DNA of 64,000 nt from Octopus vulgaris (GCA_951406725.2 OX597823.1:14322001-14386000), one strand, 5' to 3'. Counted from the first letter of the stretch, positions 1 through 13,895 are shown. The notes: generated by a model from the sequence alone, not told the origin. Made by a program: numbers and translations.

Positions 1-310
1 TATGTATGTATGAATGTATGTATGTATGTATGTGTGTATGTGTGTGTGTATGTTTGTGTATGTATGTGTGTATGTATGTATGTGTATATGTATGTATGTA
101 TGAATGTATGTGTGTGTATGTATGAATGTATGTATGTGTGTGTGTATGTATGAATGTATGTATGAATGTATGTATGTATGAATGTATGTATGTGTGTGTG
201 TGCGTGTGTGTGTGTCAGTGTCTGTGTGTGTGTGCATGTTTCTGTGTGCTTGTGTGTGTATGTGTGTCAGTGTCTGTGTGTGTGAGTATGTATGTATGAA
301 TGTATGTATG

Positions 311-344
<34 letters not shown>

Positions 345-640
345 TGTGTGTGTCTGCATGTATGTATTCATGCATGTAAATACGTATGCATGAATGTATG
401 TGTGTGTACGTATGTATTCTTGCATGCATGTATGCATGAATGTACGTACGTACGTATATATGTAAGTGTATATATGTATATATGTATTTATGCATATGTG
501 TGTATGTACGTATGCATGAATGTATGTATATGTGTATGTATCTATGTACACATGAATTTATGCGTGTGTGTATGTGTGTATGTATGCATGAATGTATTCA
601 TGTAGGTTTATGTGTACGTGTATGCATGTATTCGTACGCA
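1..640. repeat. Degenerate (TATG)n/(TG)n compound microsatellite
   Basis: Direct inspection. The MYVC/HTYI ORFs are its translations. Confidence 0.95.
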
Positions 641-709
641 CAGATACACATATATTTACTTAATAACACAAGAATGCGCCATACTCATGACTTTTTTAGG
701 CCCATGAGT

Positions 710-753
<44 letters not shown>

Positions 754-1707
754 ACTCACAAGCACACACACACACACACACACGACACACTCACAAGCAC
801 ACACACACACACATGGATATATATATGCTGAAAAAGTTGTTATTTCGTATGAGAAAGCGTAGCAATTAACCTCTGCTTAGAACGCGTAAATTCATGCATA
901 GCCGACTTTCATTCAGATATTGAACATGTGCGTGCACGCATACCCGCACCCCCACATGCATACATACACGCACACACACACACACACACACTCACATATA
1001 CACACACGTATACGCGCACATACGTATACACACGAGCGCGCACGCACTCACACGTGTACACCCACTTACATACACACGCGCGCATACACACACATACATG
1101 CACGCATTCACACACATACACGCATACAGACACTTACACACACATACACACATACGCACATACGCACACATACACTCACGCACATACGCATACATGCGCG
1201 CACACACACGATAACACACACACACACACACATACTACGCGCACGTACACACACACACATACTACGCGCACGCACACACACACACACATACTACGCGTAC
1301 GCACACACATACACATATTGATGGACTTCCTGCCGAGGATGACGTGTGTGAGTCCAGCAACAAAGCATAAAATCTTGAAGTTTTGCTACCCCAGCAAACC
1401 CCGTACAAGCATTATACTCTAATTAGAGTGGGTTCAAATTAAGCCTACACCTCTTCTAATTATATAACATGAACTTTTGCACAGTGTACCATACACATCA
1501 CAAAATGATGCATGTTAGTATTGTAGGGATCTAAGATCCGCACAGATCGATATCGATTTTCTAAACGATTGTAATCGATATTATGTATGAGGTCTTCTTA
1601 CTGAAGTTTGTCCAATATTGGTTTCACAATAAAGGCTGGGGTCGATCTAATCGACTGGTCCCCTCTTCAAAAATTTCGGGCTATGTGCCCAGAGTTGAAG
1701 AGAATAA

Positions 1708-2360
1708 GGGCGGTGAGCTGGCAGAAACGTTAGCACGCCGGGTGAAATGCTTAGCGGTATTTCGTCTGTCCTTGTTCGTCCCCTCTGTGTTTAGCCCCTT
1801 GTGGGTAGTAAAGAAATAGGAAATAGGTATTTCGTCTGTCGTTACGTTCTGAGTTCAAATTCCGCCGAGGTCGACTTTGCCTTTCATCCTTTCCGGGTCG
1901 ATTAAATAAGTACCAGTTACGCACTGGGGTCGATATAATCGACTTAATCCGTTTGTCTGTCCTTGTTTGTCCCCTCTGTGTTTAGCCCCTTGTGGGTAGT
2001 AAAGAAATAGGTATTTCGTCTGCCTTTACGTTCTGAGTTCAAATTCCGCCGCGAACGACTTTGCCTTTCATCCTTTCGGGGTCGATAAATTAAGTACCAG
2101 TTACACACTGGGGTCGATATAATCGACTTAATCCGGTTGTCTGTCCTTGTTCGTCCCCTCTGTGTTTAGCCCCTTTTGGGTAGTAAAAAAATAGGTATTT
2201 CGTCTGCCTTTACGTTCTGAGTTCAAATTCCGCCGTGGTCGAATTTGCTTTCAGCCATTCGGGATTGATATATTAAGTACCAGTTGCATACTGTGGTCGA
2301 TCTAACTGACTGGCCACCTCCCACAAAATTTCGGGCCTTGTGCCTAGAGTAGAAAAGAAT
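1708..2360 (+). mobile_element. tRNA-derived SINE family A (Meta-domain-like core), multimer with 184-bp headless units
   Basis: Head GGCGGTGAGCTGGCAGAAACGTTAGC, B-box-like GAGTTCAAATTCC, core GCCTTTCATCCTTTCGGGGTCGATAAATTAAGTACCAG. Units restart at 1827, 2011 and 2195. More than 10 dispersed copies in the window. Confidence 0.85.
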
Positions 2361-2819
2361 ATTTAAGGCGGTGAGCTGGCAGAAACGTTAGCATGCCGGA
2401 CGAAATGCTTAGCAGCCAGCAACTTTAAAGGCGGTTTGTAATCGATCCCAACGACCCAGTATTTGATTTTGCCTTTTATCCTCCGAAGGGATAAAAGGCA
2501 AAATTGACCTCGATGACATTTGAGCTGAGAACGGAAAAAAACCCGGAAGAAGTGCCACTAAACATTTTGTCCGACTCGCTTTTGTCCGACAACGATTGTA
2601 GCAGCGTTGTTGCCCTTTTAATGATTTCATATTTTAGCACGTGGTCAGGAATTTTAGGGGAAAGAGGGAATCGATAACACCCACCCCAGTATTCAAGTTA
2701 TATATATTTTATTGACCCTGAAAGGAATGAAGGGCAACGTTGATCTCGGCGGAATTTGAATTCTGGGCGTAAAGAGCCAGAGGAAATGCCGCAAAGTCGT
2801 CTGTCCGACCGCTAACGAT

Positions 2820-3029
2820 CCTTTTCTACTCGAGGCGCAAGGCCCGAAATTTTGGGGAAGGGGCCAGTCGATTAGATCTACCCCAGTACGCAACTGGTAC
2901 TTATTTTATTGACCCGAAAGGATGAAAGGCAAAGTCGACTTGAACGGAATTTGAACTCAGAACGTAGCAACAGACGAAATACGGCCAAGCACATCGCCCG
3001 GCGTGCTAACGTTTCTGCCAGCTTGCCGC
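2820..3029 (-). mobile_element. SINE family A copy
   Basis: Reverse complement of the family A head, core and tail. Confidence 0.8.
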
Positions 3030-3054
3030 ACTATATAATACCAAACATACTTCA

Positions 3055-3204
3055 GGCGCGGCTGTGTGGTAAGGAGTTTGCTTCCCAACCGAAGTCTGCG
3101 TGGCACCTTAAGCAAGTGTTTTTCTACTATAGCCTAGGCCGATGAAAACCTTGTGAGTGGATTTGGAATACGGAAACTGTGTGTGTGTGTGTGTGTGTTT
3201 GTTT

Positions 3205-3235
<31 letters not shown>

Positions 3236-3500
3236 TGTGAGAGTGTGTGTGTATGTGTGTGTGTCTATCTGTCTGTGTCTATTCCACTCCCCCTCCCGCC
3301 ACCGTTTGACAACCGGTGTCGGTTACGTTTGCACACCATCCCCCGTGACTTAGCGGTCCGGCTAAAGAAAACAACGATTGAAAAATACCAGGCTTAAAAA
3401 ATAAGTATTGGGGTTAATTCATTCGACTAAAAATTCAAGGTGGTGCTCCAGTATGGCCGCAGTCTAATGACAGCGGCAAGTGAAATATAAGAGATAAAAG
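3055..3500 (+). mobile_element. SINE family B, degraded copy
   Basis: GGCTGTGTGGTAAG head, CCTTGTGAGTGGATTTGG, internal (TG)n, GGTGCTCCAGTATGGCCGCAGTC tail. Confidence 0.75.
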
Positions 3501-3883
3501 ATACTTCTTACGAAGTAAGACAAACGCAACTAGTTTAACGTGTCAAATAATCCGTTGTTAACTCAGATTATTAGGGGATTTTAATCACTTCCATTTGTCA
3601 GTCTCCAGTATTTTTTGTATCTCATGGCTGTTGATGGATAATCGGTCATCTTATTTCAGGTACATCTGTCCTTGTGACAAGTTTAATTTTTCTCTCGTTT
3701 GGTGTCTGATGTTGCTGATAAATCTCTTCACAAGACCAGCCATGACATGGCAAGAGAGTGTTTTTCGTCGCCGACGACCAGACGATGGAACATCCTGTAT
3801 TAGGTTTTAATGTTACCATAGCAATCAAAGCGACCTCTCTCATCCTCTTTTTCCTTTTCTTTCTTTCTCTCTCTCTCTCTCTT

Positions 3884-3938
<55 letters not shown>

Positions 3939-3997
3939 CAACACAGGCACACACCCACCGATGCAGATGTCTGTCGTCTGTCTCTATGTTCGTATGT

Positions 3998-4052
<55 letters not shown>

Positions 4053-4066
4053 TAGATAGATAGATT

Positions 4067-4151
<85 letters not shown>

Positions 4152-4204
4152 AACTTACTTGGAAAAGGATGCGTGGAGTTCGATCATAATAATAATGTAA
4201 ATAA

Positions 4205-4361
4205 TTAAGTCGATTACATCGACCCCACTGCGTAACTGGTACTTAATTTATCGACCCCGAAAGGATGGAAGGCAAAGTCGACCTCGGCGGAATTTGAACT
4301 CAGAACGTAACGGCAGACGAAATACTGCTATGAATTTCTCACAGCGTGCTAACGTTTCTGC
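4205..4361 (-). mobile_element. SINE family A partial copy
   Basis: Reverse complement of the family A core. Confidence 0.8.
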
Positions 4362-4431
4362 TTCTTACCACACAGCCACTTTTGCGCTTACGTGTCATAT
4401 TTTCCGTTTGTTGTCTCCTTTTTATTTAATT

Positions 4432-4479
<48 letters not shown>

Positions 4480-4512
4480 AACGGAAACTGCATACATATA
4501 TACATACATACA

Positions 4513-4543
<31 letters not shown>

Positions 4544-4635
4544 GCATACATGCATACATACATACATACATACATACATACATACATACATACATACATA
4601 CATACATACATACATACATACATGTATGCATGCAT

Positions 4636-4666
<31 letters not shown>

Positions 4667-5197
4667 TACAGATATATACACACAAAGAGACACACAGAGA
4701 TTTTAGCAGAATAATTGGTGTTAAAGCAGCACCAATGGTTTCATGCTCAATTTTAGCAAATGTTCAACCGTAGATTGAAAAATTGTTAAGTGTCTGCATG
4801 AAAACAACGGTATCTCATCCACAGCTATCAGTCTATTAAAAGAAAAACCATTCATCCGCCAATATGGCCTTTATTACCCATTTCTTCTTCGTTACATAAC
4901 AGACATACACACACATATTTCCACACAAGCACAAATCAAGCACACACACACACACACACATATATGCGTGTATATATACGTGTAACGTGTATGTGAATGG
5001 TATGATTATTTGTTTTTAACATGTATATTTTCATCATCTCGCCATGTTGACGGCAACCGTGTATGAATTACAGACCTGCCACCTATCCTAATATGAGTTT
5101 ATTACACAAGGAATTGTTCGCCATTTTTGTTTTATATTACTTATTATTTCTGTCCTGTTAATTCTATAGTTTCTGTGGCGTAATTCTGGAGACCATT

Positions 5198-5198
5198 T

Positions 5199-5290
<92 letters not shown>

Positions 5291-5603
5291 TTGTACCTTT
5301 TCTTTCTCTTTCCTGTCTTTCTTTCTCTTTCTCTTTCTCTTTCTTTCCATTTCTCTTTCTCTTTCCTTCCTTTTCTCTTTCTCTTTCTTTCTTTCCTTTT
5401 CTCTTTCTTTCTTCCTTTCTCTCTTTCTTTCTTTCTCTCTTTTTTTTCCTTCTATTTTTTCTCTTTCTTTCGTTCTTCCTTTCTTTACCCTGTCTTTCTT
5501 TCTCTTTCTCTCGCTTTCTTTCCTTTCCTCTTTCTTTCTCTCTTTCTTTTTCCTGTCTTTCTTTCTCTTTCTTTTCCTTTCCTCTTCTCTTTCTTTCTTT
5601 CTC

Positions 5604-5650
<47 letters not shown>

Positions 5651-5700
5651 CTCTTTGTCTTTCTTTCTCTTTCTCTCGCTTTCTTTGCTCCTTTCTTTCT
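5198..5700. repeat. (TTTC)n pyrimidine-rich simple repeat
   Basis: Direct inspection. Confidence 0.95.
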
Positions 5701-5703
5701 CAC

Positions 5704-5731
5704 CGTCTCTGCAATCCTGTTCAACTAAATT
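5704..5731 (-). other. Candidate 28-nt host micro-exon (NLVEQDCRD, phase 0 to 1)
   Basis: The minus strand reads tttttattcccctgttattacag|AATTTAGTTGAACAGGATTGCAGAGACG|gtgaga: strong acceptor, canonical donor, only one open frame. No homology recognised. Confidence 0.35.
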
Positions 5732-5879
5732 CTGTAATAACAGGGGAATAAAAAGAACATTTGTAACTTTCAAGGAAGGCACCTGAAGCACGTTTTATAC
5801 GCTGCAATTAGGTGAAGTCTCTCATGTACATACGTTTCATTCTTCCGTCGACGTTCTTGTTAAAAGCGTTGATGTAATA

Positions 5880-6142
5880 ACAACGACTACGACGATGATG
5901 ATGATGATGATGGCGGTGGTGGTGGTGGTGGTGGTGGTGATGGTGGTGGAGGTTTTGATGACGATGATGATGATGATGATGATAATGATGAAAATGATGG
6001 TGGTGGTGGTGGTGGTGATAAGGATGACGATGACGACGATGGTTATGATGATGATAACAAGGACAGCAACAACAATAACGATGACAACGATAACGACGAC
6101 GACGACCACGATAACAACAACAATAACAACAACAACAACAAC

Positions 6143-6173
<31 letters not shown>

Positions 6174-6245
6174 GTAACAATAGTAACAATACTACTACTA
6201 CTACTAATACTACTACTACTACTACTAATAATAATAATAATAATA

Positions 6246-6307
<62 letters not shown>

Positions 6308-6362
6308 GATGGTGATGGTGATGGTGATGGTGATGGTGATGATGATGATGATGATGATGATG

Positions 6363-6411
<49 letters not shown>
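5880..6411. repeat. Compound trinucleotide microsatellite (GAT/GGT/AAC/AAT/ACT)
   Basis: Direct inspection. Confidence 0.95.
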
Positions 6412-6413
<2 letters not shown>

Positions 6414-6830
6414 GATTCAAAGTGGCAGAAAAGTAGTATGATGGTGAGCCAGCAGCTGTATTGGTGAATAACAATTACAGGATTTTATGGGATTTCTCCA
6501 TAAAAAAATGACCATATTATTGAACCAAGGAGACCAAGTACGTTCGTAGAAGATTTAAAGAATAAAAAAAAGATACCAGGGTTAGATTATACACTTTGCA
6601 GATGTGATGCAATAATAGAATGGATGCCCTCAAAATTGAGAAAATTGAGAAATATCAAGACGTTGCGTGAGCGATGAAGAAATTGCAGAAGATAAAGGTA
6701 ACAATTATTCTTATGGTAAATGGTGGCATTTGGAACAACAGCCAAAATATTCCCTAAGAGATTGAAGGATATTAGAATTGAGACATGTATTTTCGGTCTG
6801 CAGAAAAAAGTGTATTTTACAAGAATGATG
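6412..6830 (+). pseudogene. Decayed C-terminal restriction-like endonuclease (RLE) region of an R4/Dong-like non-LTR retrotransposon
   Basis: Broken translation includes ILWDFSI and KIEKYQDVA, plus a GLQKKCIL-like C-terminus. Abuts (AAT)n. Confidence 0.55.
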
Positions 6831-7008
6831 AAAAAAAAAAAAAAATAAATAAATGAAAGAATATAAATAAATAAAAGAAAATAAAAGAAAAAAAAATCTT
6901 GAAATTTCAGGAGACTTGTTGTCACCAAACCTCAAGACAACAATCCTGCAAACAAATGTAACATGTGATAGCTTGATGATGATGATGCTGATGATGACAA
7001 TGATGAAA

Positions 7009-7051
<43 letters not shown>

Positions 7052-7080
7052 GGATGATGATGAGGATGATAATGATGATG

Positions 7081-7173
<93 letters not shown>

Positions 7174-8559
7174 GTGGTGATGATGATGATGATGAGGAGG
7201 AGGAGGAGGAGGAGGGAGAGGAGGATGATGATGATGAGGGGAACATCACAAAGACAGTCAACAATTTGAGTGGCGGTTGACATATAAGATAAGGAGAAAA
7301 ATGGAAAAGCCATTGAAATTGTGATAAAAGTATACATCGTATACAAAGTATACGATAACATGAATGGTGTAGTTCCCCTAATACAGGAGAAACTCCAGCT
7401 ATGGCTAATCAAGGATCACTACAGAACCAGGGTTACTTTCAGCACCAAAAGCACACGCCCTCACCCAATTGTTGTTCTCCAACATACAGGTGCATGCGCT
7501 CAGTGTAGGGTCAGTAATTCACTCTAACGCATCTTTTCACAAATTCCCTAGGAAGTAGCACTTCCCTCTCTACACCCACTTTCCGGGGTTACGAAAAGCC
7601 TAATTCATAAAATGCCAGGCTGGTTTTAGGGAGAAAAAATCTATGTCGATGAAGGAGGTCAAGTCCATCCCCACTGGGCCTCTTCATGCAAACTTGACAA
7701 CATACAGGACTCCTGATATCAATCCGCCTTTCTATTCTTAGTTTTCTGGTATAAAATACTGGTGTTGGTCCTGTTTAGATGAAGAAAGACAGGCTTTTAT
7801 GAGCTTCCTTAAGCTAACCACTCTAGTGTGGTTGCAGAAACAACTTCAGTTCCCAGTAAGGATCAAATGAAATCATAAATATCATATGTAGTGTAAATTA
7901 CACTAATCATACCGCCTTATCGGTCACGTCGGTTACCAAGGGATATGTAATGATGCATGAAGATAGGGTTATTAAAAAAATTGAACTCTGGAGCAAAGTC
8001 TTAAAATAATAGTCTAAACAATCATCAGAACCAGTAAATCCCCAATCCGAAACCGTTGGATAACCCACCTTAAAATAATTCCAGAAATAAAAGAAAAGTA
8101 AAAGCAGAAATGAATACGAGAAAATTATAAAAAAACTAAATATAAGTATTTTACACGGCACTTAATAGGCCACAGTAAAATATCACCGAACAGGTATACA
8201 ATGAATCGAAAAAGTAAAATAGGCGAAAGCACACGAGTATATATGAATGCCAATAAGCTAGGCAGTAGACGTAGGGATCAGCTGAACGAGATGTAATAAG
8301 GGTACGAACCATCTAAGTGCATGAAGAAATGTTACAAAACGAAACAAGCAATGCTAGCATACCTGTAGTAGCTGTCCACAACATGATAGGAAAAACCTAT
8401 GAGCGAGTAAATGAAATAGAAACGACGAAAGCATTAAGATAACAACCAGGTCCCAGAAAATGTAGGCAATGAAGATGATATCCTACATCTCGAAAGACAT
8501 AAGAAAGAATTGGCCGCAGCCAAAGAAGATATCGTTTGAGATCTGACTATAATACTATG

Positions 8560-8861
8560 TTCCTTCTCGAGCCACGCTTGGCTCATAAGGGCCGGTTTCC
8601 CGGTTTCCTCGGCGTATAGGTTCCCTACCTGGACGGGACGCCGGTCTGTCGCAGGTGAGCTGCAAGATGCAGGAGGAAAGAGTGAGAGAAAGTTGTTCTT
8701 GCGAAAGAGTCAGCAGAAGTTCGCCATTGCCTTCTGCCGGAGCTGCGTGGAGCTTAGGTGTTTCGCTCAAAAACACACACATCGCCCGGTCTGATATTCG
8801 AACCCGCGACCCCTCGACCGCGAGTCCGCTGCTCTAACCACTAGGCCATGTGCTTCCACTC
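8560..8861 (-). mobile_element. SINE family C variant with V-domain-like tail
   Basis: tRNA-like head on the minus strand. Tail CCTGCGACAGACCGGCGTCCCGTCCAGG...GAAACCGGG. 15-bp TSD GACTATAATACTATG at 8545-8559 and 8862-8876. Confidence 0.85.
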
Positions 8862-8984
8862 GACTATAATACTATGCATTGAAATGAAGGACAGAAACCA
8901 GCTGCCAAGATTCCAAAAGAATAAGATAAGCGCATAGAAGATTAAAATGCATAATGCAGCTATGAAATAAATACTAAGAGAAGA

Positions 8985-9368
8985 GTGGAGGCGCAATGGC
9001 CCAGTGGTTAGGGCAGCGGACTCGCGGTCATAGGATCGCGGTTTCGATTCCCAGACCGGGCGTTGTGAGTGTTTATTGAGCGAATACACCTAAAGCTCCA
9101 CGAGGCTCCGGCAGGGGATGGTGGTGATCCCTGCTGTACTCTTTCACCACAACTTTCTCTCACTCTTACTTCCTGTTTCTGTTGTACCTGTATTTCAAAG
9201 GGCCGGCCTTGTCACTCTCTGTGTCACGCTGAATATCCCCGAGAACTACGTTAAGGGTACACGTGTCTGTGGAGTGCTCAGCCACTTACACGTTAATTTC
9301 ACGAGCAGGCTGTTCCGTTGATTCGGATCAACCGGAACCCTCGTCGTCGTAACGGACGGAATGCTTCC
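8985..9368 (+). mobile_element. tRNA-derived SINE family C, full length
   Basis: Head GTGGAGGCGCAATGGCCCAGTGGTTAGGGCAGCGGACTCGCGG...GGTTTCGATTCC. 11-bp TSD ACTAAGAGAAG. Confidence 0.9.
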
Positions 9369-9671
9369 ACTAAGAGAAGTTGAAAATGATCTGATAACCA
9401 TCAGTATCCTTGTAAACTCTATGGCAAGGGCTATGAGCCAACAAATTGGTTTTCAAGAAAACGAGAACATACATGTCAACAAACAACCAAAGTGGAATGT
9501 CAAAATAAAAAATAAATAAAACATCTGAGAAGGGGAATTGTCGATTGTTGAACTTTCGAAGGGAATAAATGTCGAAAGTAGAGAAGTAAGAAAGTTAACA
9601 GAAAGTACAAAATAACAGATGATCAAAGTATTTCTATTATCAAAGAGATCCTAAAACAACGTATGCAAGTC

Positions 9672-10060
9672 AGGAGTGGCTGTGTGGTAAGTAGCTTGTT
9701 TACCAACCACATGGTTCCGGGTTCAGTCCCACTGCGTGGCACCTTGGGTTAGTGTCTTCTACTATAGTCTCGGGCCGAACAAAGCTTTGTGAGTGGATTT
9801 GGTAGACGGAAACTGAAACGAGCCCTTCGTATATATGTATGTATATATATATGTGTGCGTGTATGTTTGTGTTTGTGTTTGTCCCCCTAGCATCGCTTGA
9901 CAACCGATGCTGGTGTGCTTCTGTCCCCGTCACTTAGCGGTTCGGCAAAAGAGACCGATAGAATAAGTACTGGACTTCCAAAGAATAAGTCCCGGGGTCG
10001 AGTTGCTCGATTAAAGGCGGTGCTCCAGCATGGCCGCAGCCAAATGACTGAAACAAGTAA
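9672..10060 (+). mobile_element. tRNA-derived SINE family B (CORE-like segment), full length
   Basis: GGAGTGGCTGTGTGGTAAGTAGCTTG...GGTTCAGTCCC head, internal TA/TG microsatellite, GACTGAAACAAGTAAA tail. Confidence 0.9.
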
Positions 10061-10355
10061 AGTCAAAGCACAATGGGTTAAAATTATGAGCAACGAAGTA
10101 AATTCTATTGACAGAACAAGATTTTCCAGACAGACGCCTAGAAATTTTACAGATAAATGGGGAAATAACCAATAGAAATATAAGATCCGCCTAATGTGAA
10201 TGAAACTGAGGAATTCTGGAAGAACATCAAGCGTAACTGGACAGAACACAACGGGGAAGCAGGTTGCATCAACAAGGAAAATGAAAGGACGAAAGATGTG
10301 GCGCAACGTCAAGAAGTTGAGGTTGAAACGGCAGAGTAAAGGCAAGATCTTAACC

Positions 10356-10759
10356 TGTGTGGTAAATAGCTTGTTAACCAGCCACATGGTTCCGGGTTCA
10401 GTCCCACTGCGTGGCACCTTGGGCAAGTGTCTTCTGCTATAGCTCCGGGCCGACCAATGCCTTGTGAGTGGATTTGGTTGACGGAAACTGAAAGAAGCCT
10501 GTCGTATATATGTATAGATATATATATGTATGTGTGTGTGTGTTTGTGTGTCTATGTTTGTCCCCCTAGCATTGCTTGACAACCGATGCTGGTGTGCTTC
10601 TGTCCCCGTCACTTAGCGGTTCGGCAAAAGAGACCGATAGAATAAGTACTGGGCTTCCAAAGAATAAGTCCCGGGGTCGAGTTGCTCGATTAAAGGCGAT
10701 GCTCCAGCATGGCCGCAGTCAAATGATTGAAACAAGTAAAAGAGTAAAAGAGTAAGAGT
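10356..10759 (+). mobile_element. SINE family B copy
   Basis: Near-identical to 9672-10060, with a (GTAAAAGA)n tail. Confidence 0.9.
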
Positions 10760-11014
10760 ATGGAAGTTGTCAAAAGAGACAGATCAAAACCCAAATTATT
10801 GGTTAAATACATTTACAGTAACACACAAGGCATTAGCCAAAGAAATGAGTGCACTGGTACAAAATCCTGAAAGAATCCTTGACTGGTTCATAGAAGACAC
10901 AGCGTACCCCACCTCCACTAAAAACACAAGAAATTAAAAACCTGAAGGACTATAGACCTGCTTCTCACTATAGACCTGCTTCTGACTTCAATACTTACTG
11001 AAGGAATCTTTTTT

Positions 11015-11495
<481 letters not shown>

Positions 11496-11707
11496 TATGC
11501 ACATTTTTATTTAAGAAAACACCACCATTCCACAAAAACAAAAAGGAGATAAATGGAACTCCTATGGAGGAAAAGACCTACTGAGAATCAACAAAATGAT
11601 TTTAGAAAATTTGTGATGCAAAGCATACAGACTTAAGTACTGCATGGATTAATTACTTAAAAGCTTTCGACAGTGTTCACTGTTTGTGGCTTTTGTAAAC
11701 CCTAGAT

Positions 11708-12088
11708 GGAAGCACTCCGTCGGTTACGACGATGAGGGTTCCGGTTGATCCGAATCAACGGAACAGCCTGCTCGTGAAATTAACGTGTAAGTGACTGAGC
11801 ACTCCTCAGACACGTGCATCCTTAACGTAGTTCTCGGGAATATTCAGCGTGACACAGAGAGTGACAAGGCCGGCCTTTTGAAATACAGGTACAAGAGAAA
11901 CAGGAAGAAAGAGTGAGAGAAAGTTGTGGTGAAAGAGTACAGCAGGGATCACCACCCCCTGCCGGAGCCTCGTGCAGCTTTAGGTGTTTTCGCTCAATAA
12001 ACACTCACAACGCCCGGTCTGGGAATCGAAACCGCGATCCTATGATCGCGAGTCCGCTGCCCTAACCACTGGGCCATTGCGCCTCCAC
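11708..12088 (-). mobile_element. SINE family C copy
   Basis: Reverse complement of 8985-9368. 11-bp TSD AAACCCTAGAT. Confidence 0.9.
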
Positions 12089-12617
12089 AAACCCTAGATA
12101 TATCCAAGATGTCTCCAGTAATCTCCGTCTTTCTCCAACATGCTTTGATAAAACGGAAACTTCTCTTTTTGAACAAAAGTAATGGAGTCAACGTAGTCAA
12201 TCAAAATCAAAATTTTCAAATGTTACTGTCTTTCGCCTCGCGTTTTCTGTATGGTACTCTTTTCGCTTTCTAGCAAACTGAATAACACAGAGTACAGACA
12301 CAAACTAAAGACATCAGTAACAACAACAAAATCAATCGTTTCTTTTTTAACGGAATATCAGAAACTAAATGTTAGAAGGACTTTAAACAACGGTAAAGCA
12401 GTTTAGTAACGACATAAGAATGGAATTTGAATTTGGTAAGTGTGAAAAAGTAACGTTGACGAGAACACCATCCATCAAACGTAACCTAAATGCCTCTATT
12501 AAAAAATTGGATTCTGAGGGCACATATAGATATCTACAGAATCCAACTTATTCAAATGCAGGAAAAGTTCCGAAAAGTGTAAGACGGCTGGTCATGAAAA
12601 CTCAACTCAATTCTGGA

Positions 12618-12929
12618 AAGTGTAACCTCTCGAAAGAGCTGTTCTTCACTCCTGCTCCAGAGTGTCGGCTGCGGGGTCACTCCGAAAAGCTCTATCTGCG
12701 ACGATTTCATCTCAATCGAAGGAGAGGGGCTTTCTCCGTCCGGGTTGCGGATCCGTGGAATAAGCTGCCGGACGAGATAGTGAAGATGCCGACGACCGCT
12801 CGGTTCAAAGACTCTCTTGACCAGAAATGGCATGAACTCTTTGCATGAACACCCTCCCTGTACATAACTCCATGTCCCCCTACATGGCCTTGCTTTTTGC
12901 TTTTTGAGCAAAAAAATTAACTTAACTTA
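12618..12929 (+). mobile_element. CR1/L2-group LINE 3' fragment
   Basis: Translation RLRGHSEKL...AFSVRVADPWNKLP...FKDSLD is typical of a CR1 ORF2 C-terminus. (TTAAC)n tail. Confidence 0.8.
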
Positions 12930-13498
12930 TTATCATCATCATTGTTCGACCGTGGTCGAGACAATGGAATTTACCATGCTACGCCAGACTTCACGGTCCA
13001 TCATGGCATTACGGAGGTCCTGTTGCTGGATGCCTGTATCCCTGGAGATTACATCAGGGTAGGAGAGTGTGCGCCCTCTGGTATTGCGAGTAGATGGCTT
13101 CCAGAGGAGAAGAGTAGAAATTACCTCTTTTTCAGCTCTACAACAATGTCCAGCAAACTGGACTCTCTTACCTTTCACAAGAGATGACACAGGTGGTAGT
13201 TTCCCATATATTTGCATTTTGGTTGGATGGCGCTTCTACGAGAGATTTTGAGCTCTCATAAGGAGGCGAGTGTAGGTTCCATCCAACCGCCTCTCAAGCT
13301 TCTTTGATAACGTCCAGGTTTCTGAGCCATATAGTAGAATTGGTTCGACTGTGGCTTTGAAGATTTCAAGTTTGAAGTCTCTACTTAGATTTGATGACTA
13401 GATCTTATGCATGTCATTACAGGCTGACCAGGCCATGCCCTTTCTAGTTAGAAAGTCTTTTCCAGATGATGATATGTATGAACCAAGATATTTGTAAT
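12930..13498 (-). mobile_element. RTE-clade LINE, 5'-truncated 3' fragment
   Basis: KYLGSYI...VEPILLYGSETWTL...RVQFAGHCCR...DREVWR, one internal stop, short (ATG)n tail. Inserted in the CR1 (TTAAC)n tail. Confidence 0.85.
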
Positions 13499-13802
13499 AA
13501 CTTAACTTAACTAACTTAACTTAACCTACAAATCGTAGCGAGGCTTTCGACATCTTAGTTGTACCTGCAGTGTATTATGATTTCAGTGTCATCAACCGAA
13601 ACCTATCGGACCTTCAAGGAATGGATGGATAAACACGAAAACGTACGATTAATAAAATGCACCTTCCTAAGGCAGACATCAGCCGTCTCTGCCTACCGAG
13701 GCAAAAGAGGAAAGTGAACTCAGCCAAACTGAATTATCCTGTAAAATAACAGCAATTGGCCTGCAAACACATTCAAGCGAAACCTGAGATAGGATTGTGA
13801 TG

Positions 13803-13847
<45 letters not shown>

Positions 13848-13863
13848 CATCACCACCACCACC

Positions 13864-13895
<32 letters not shown>

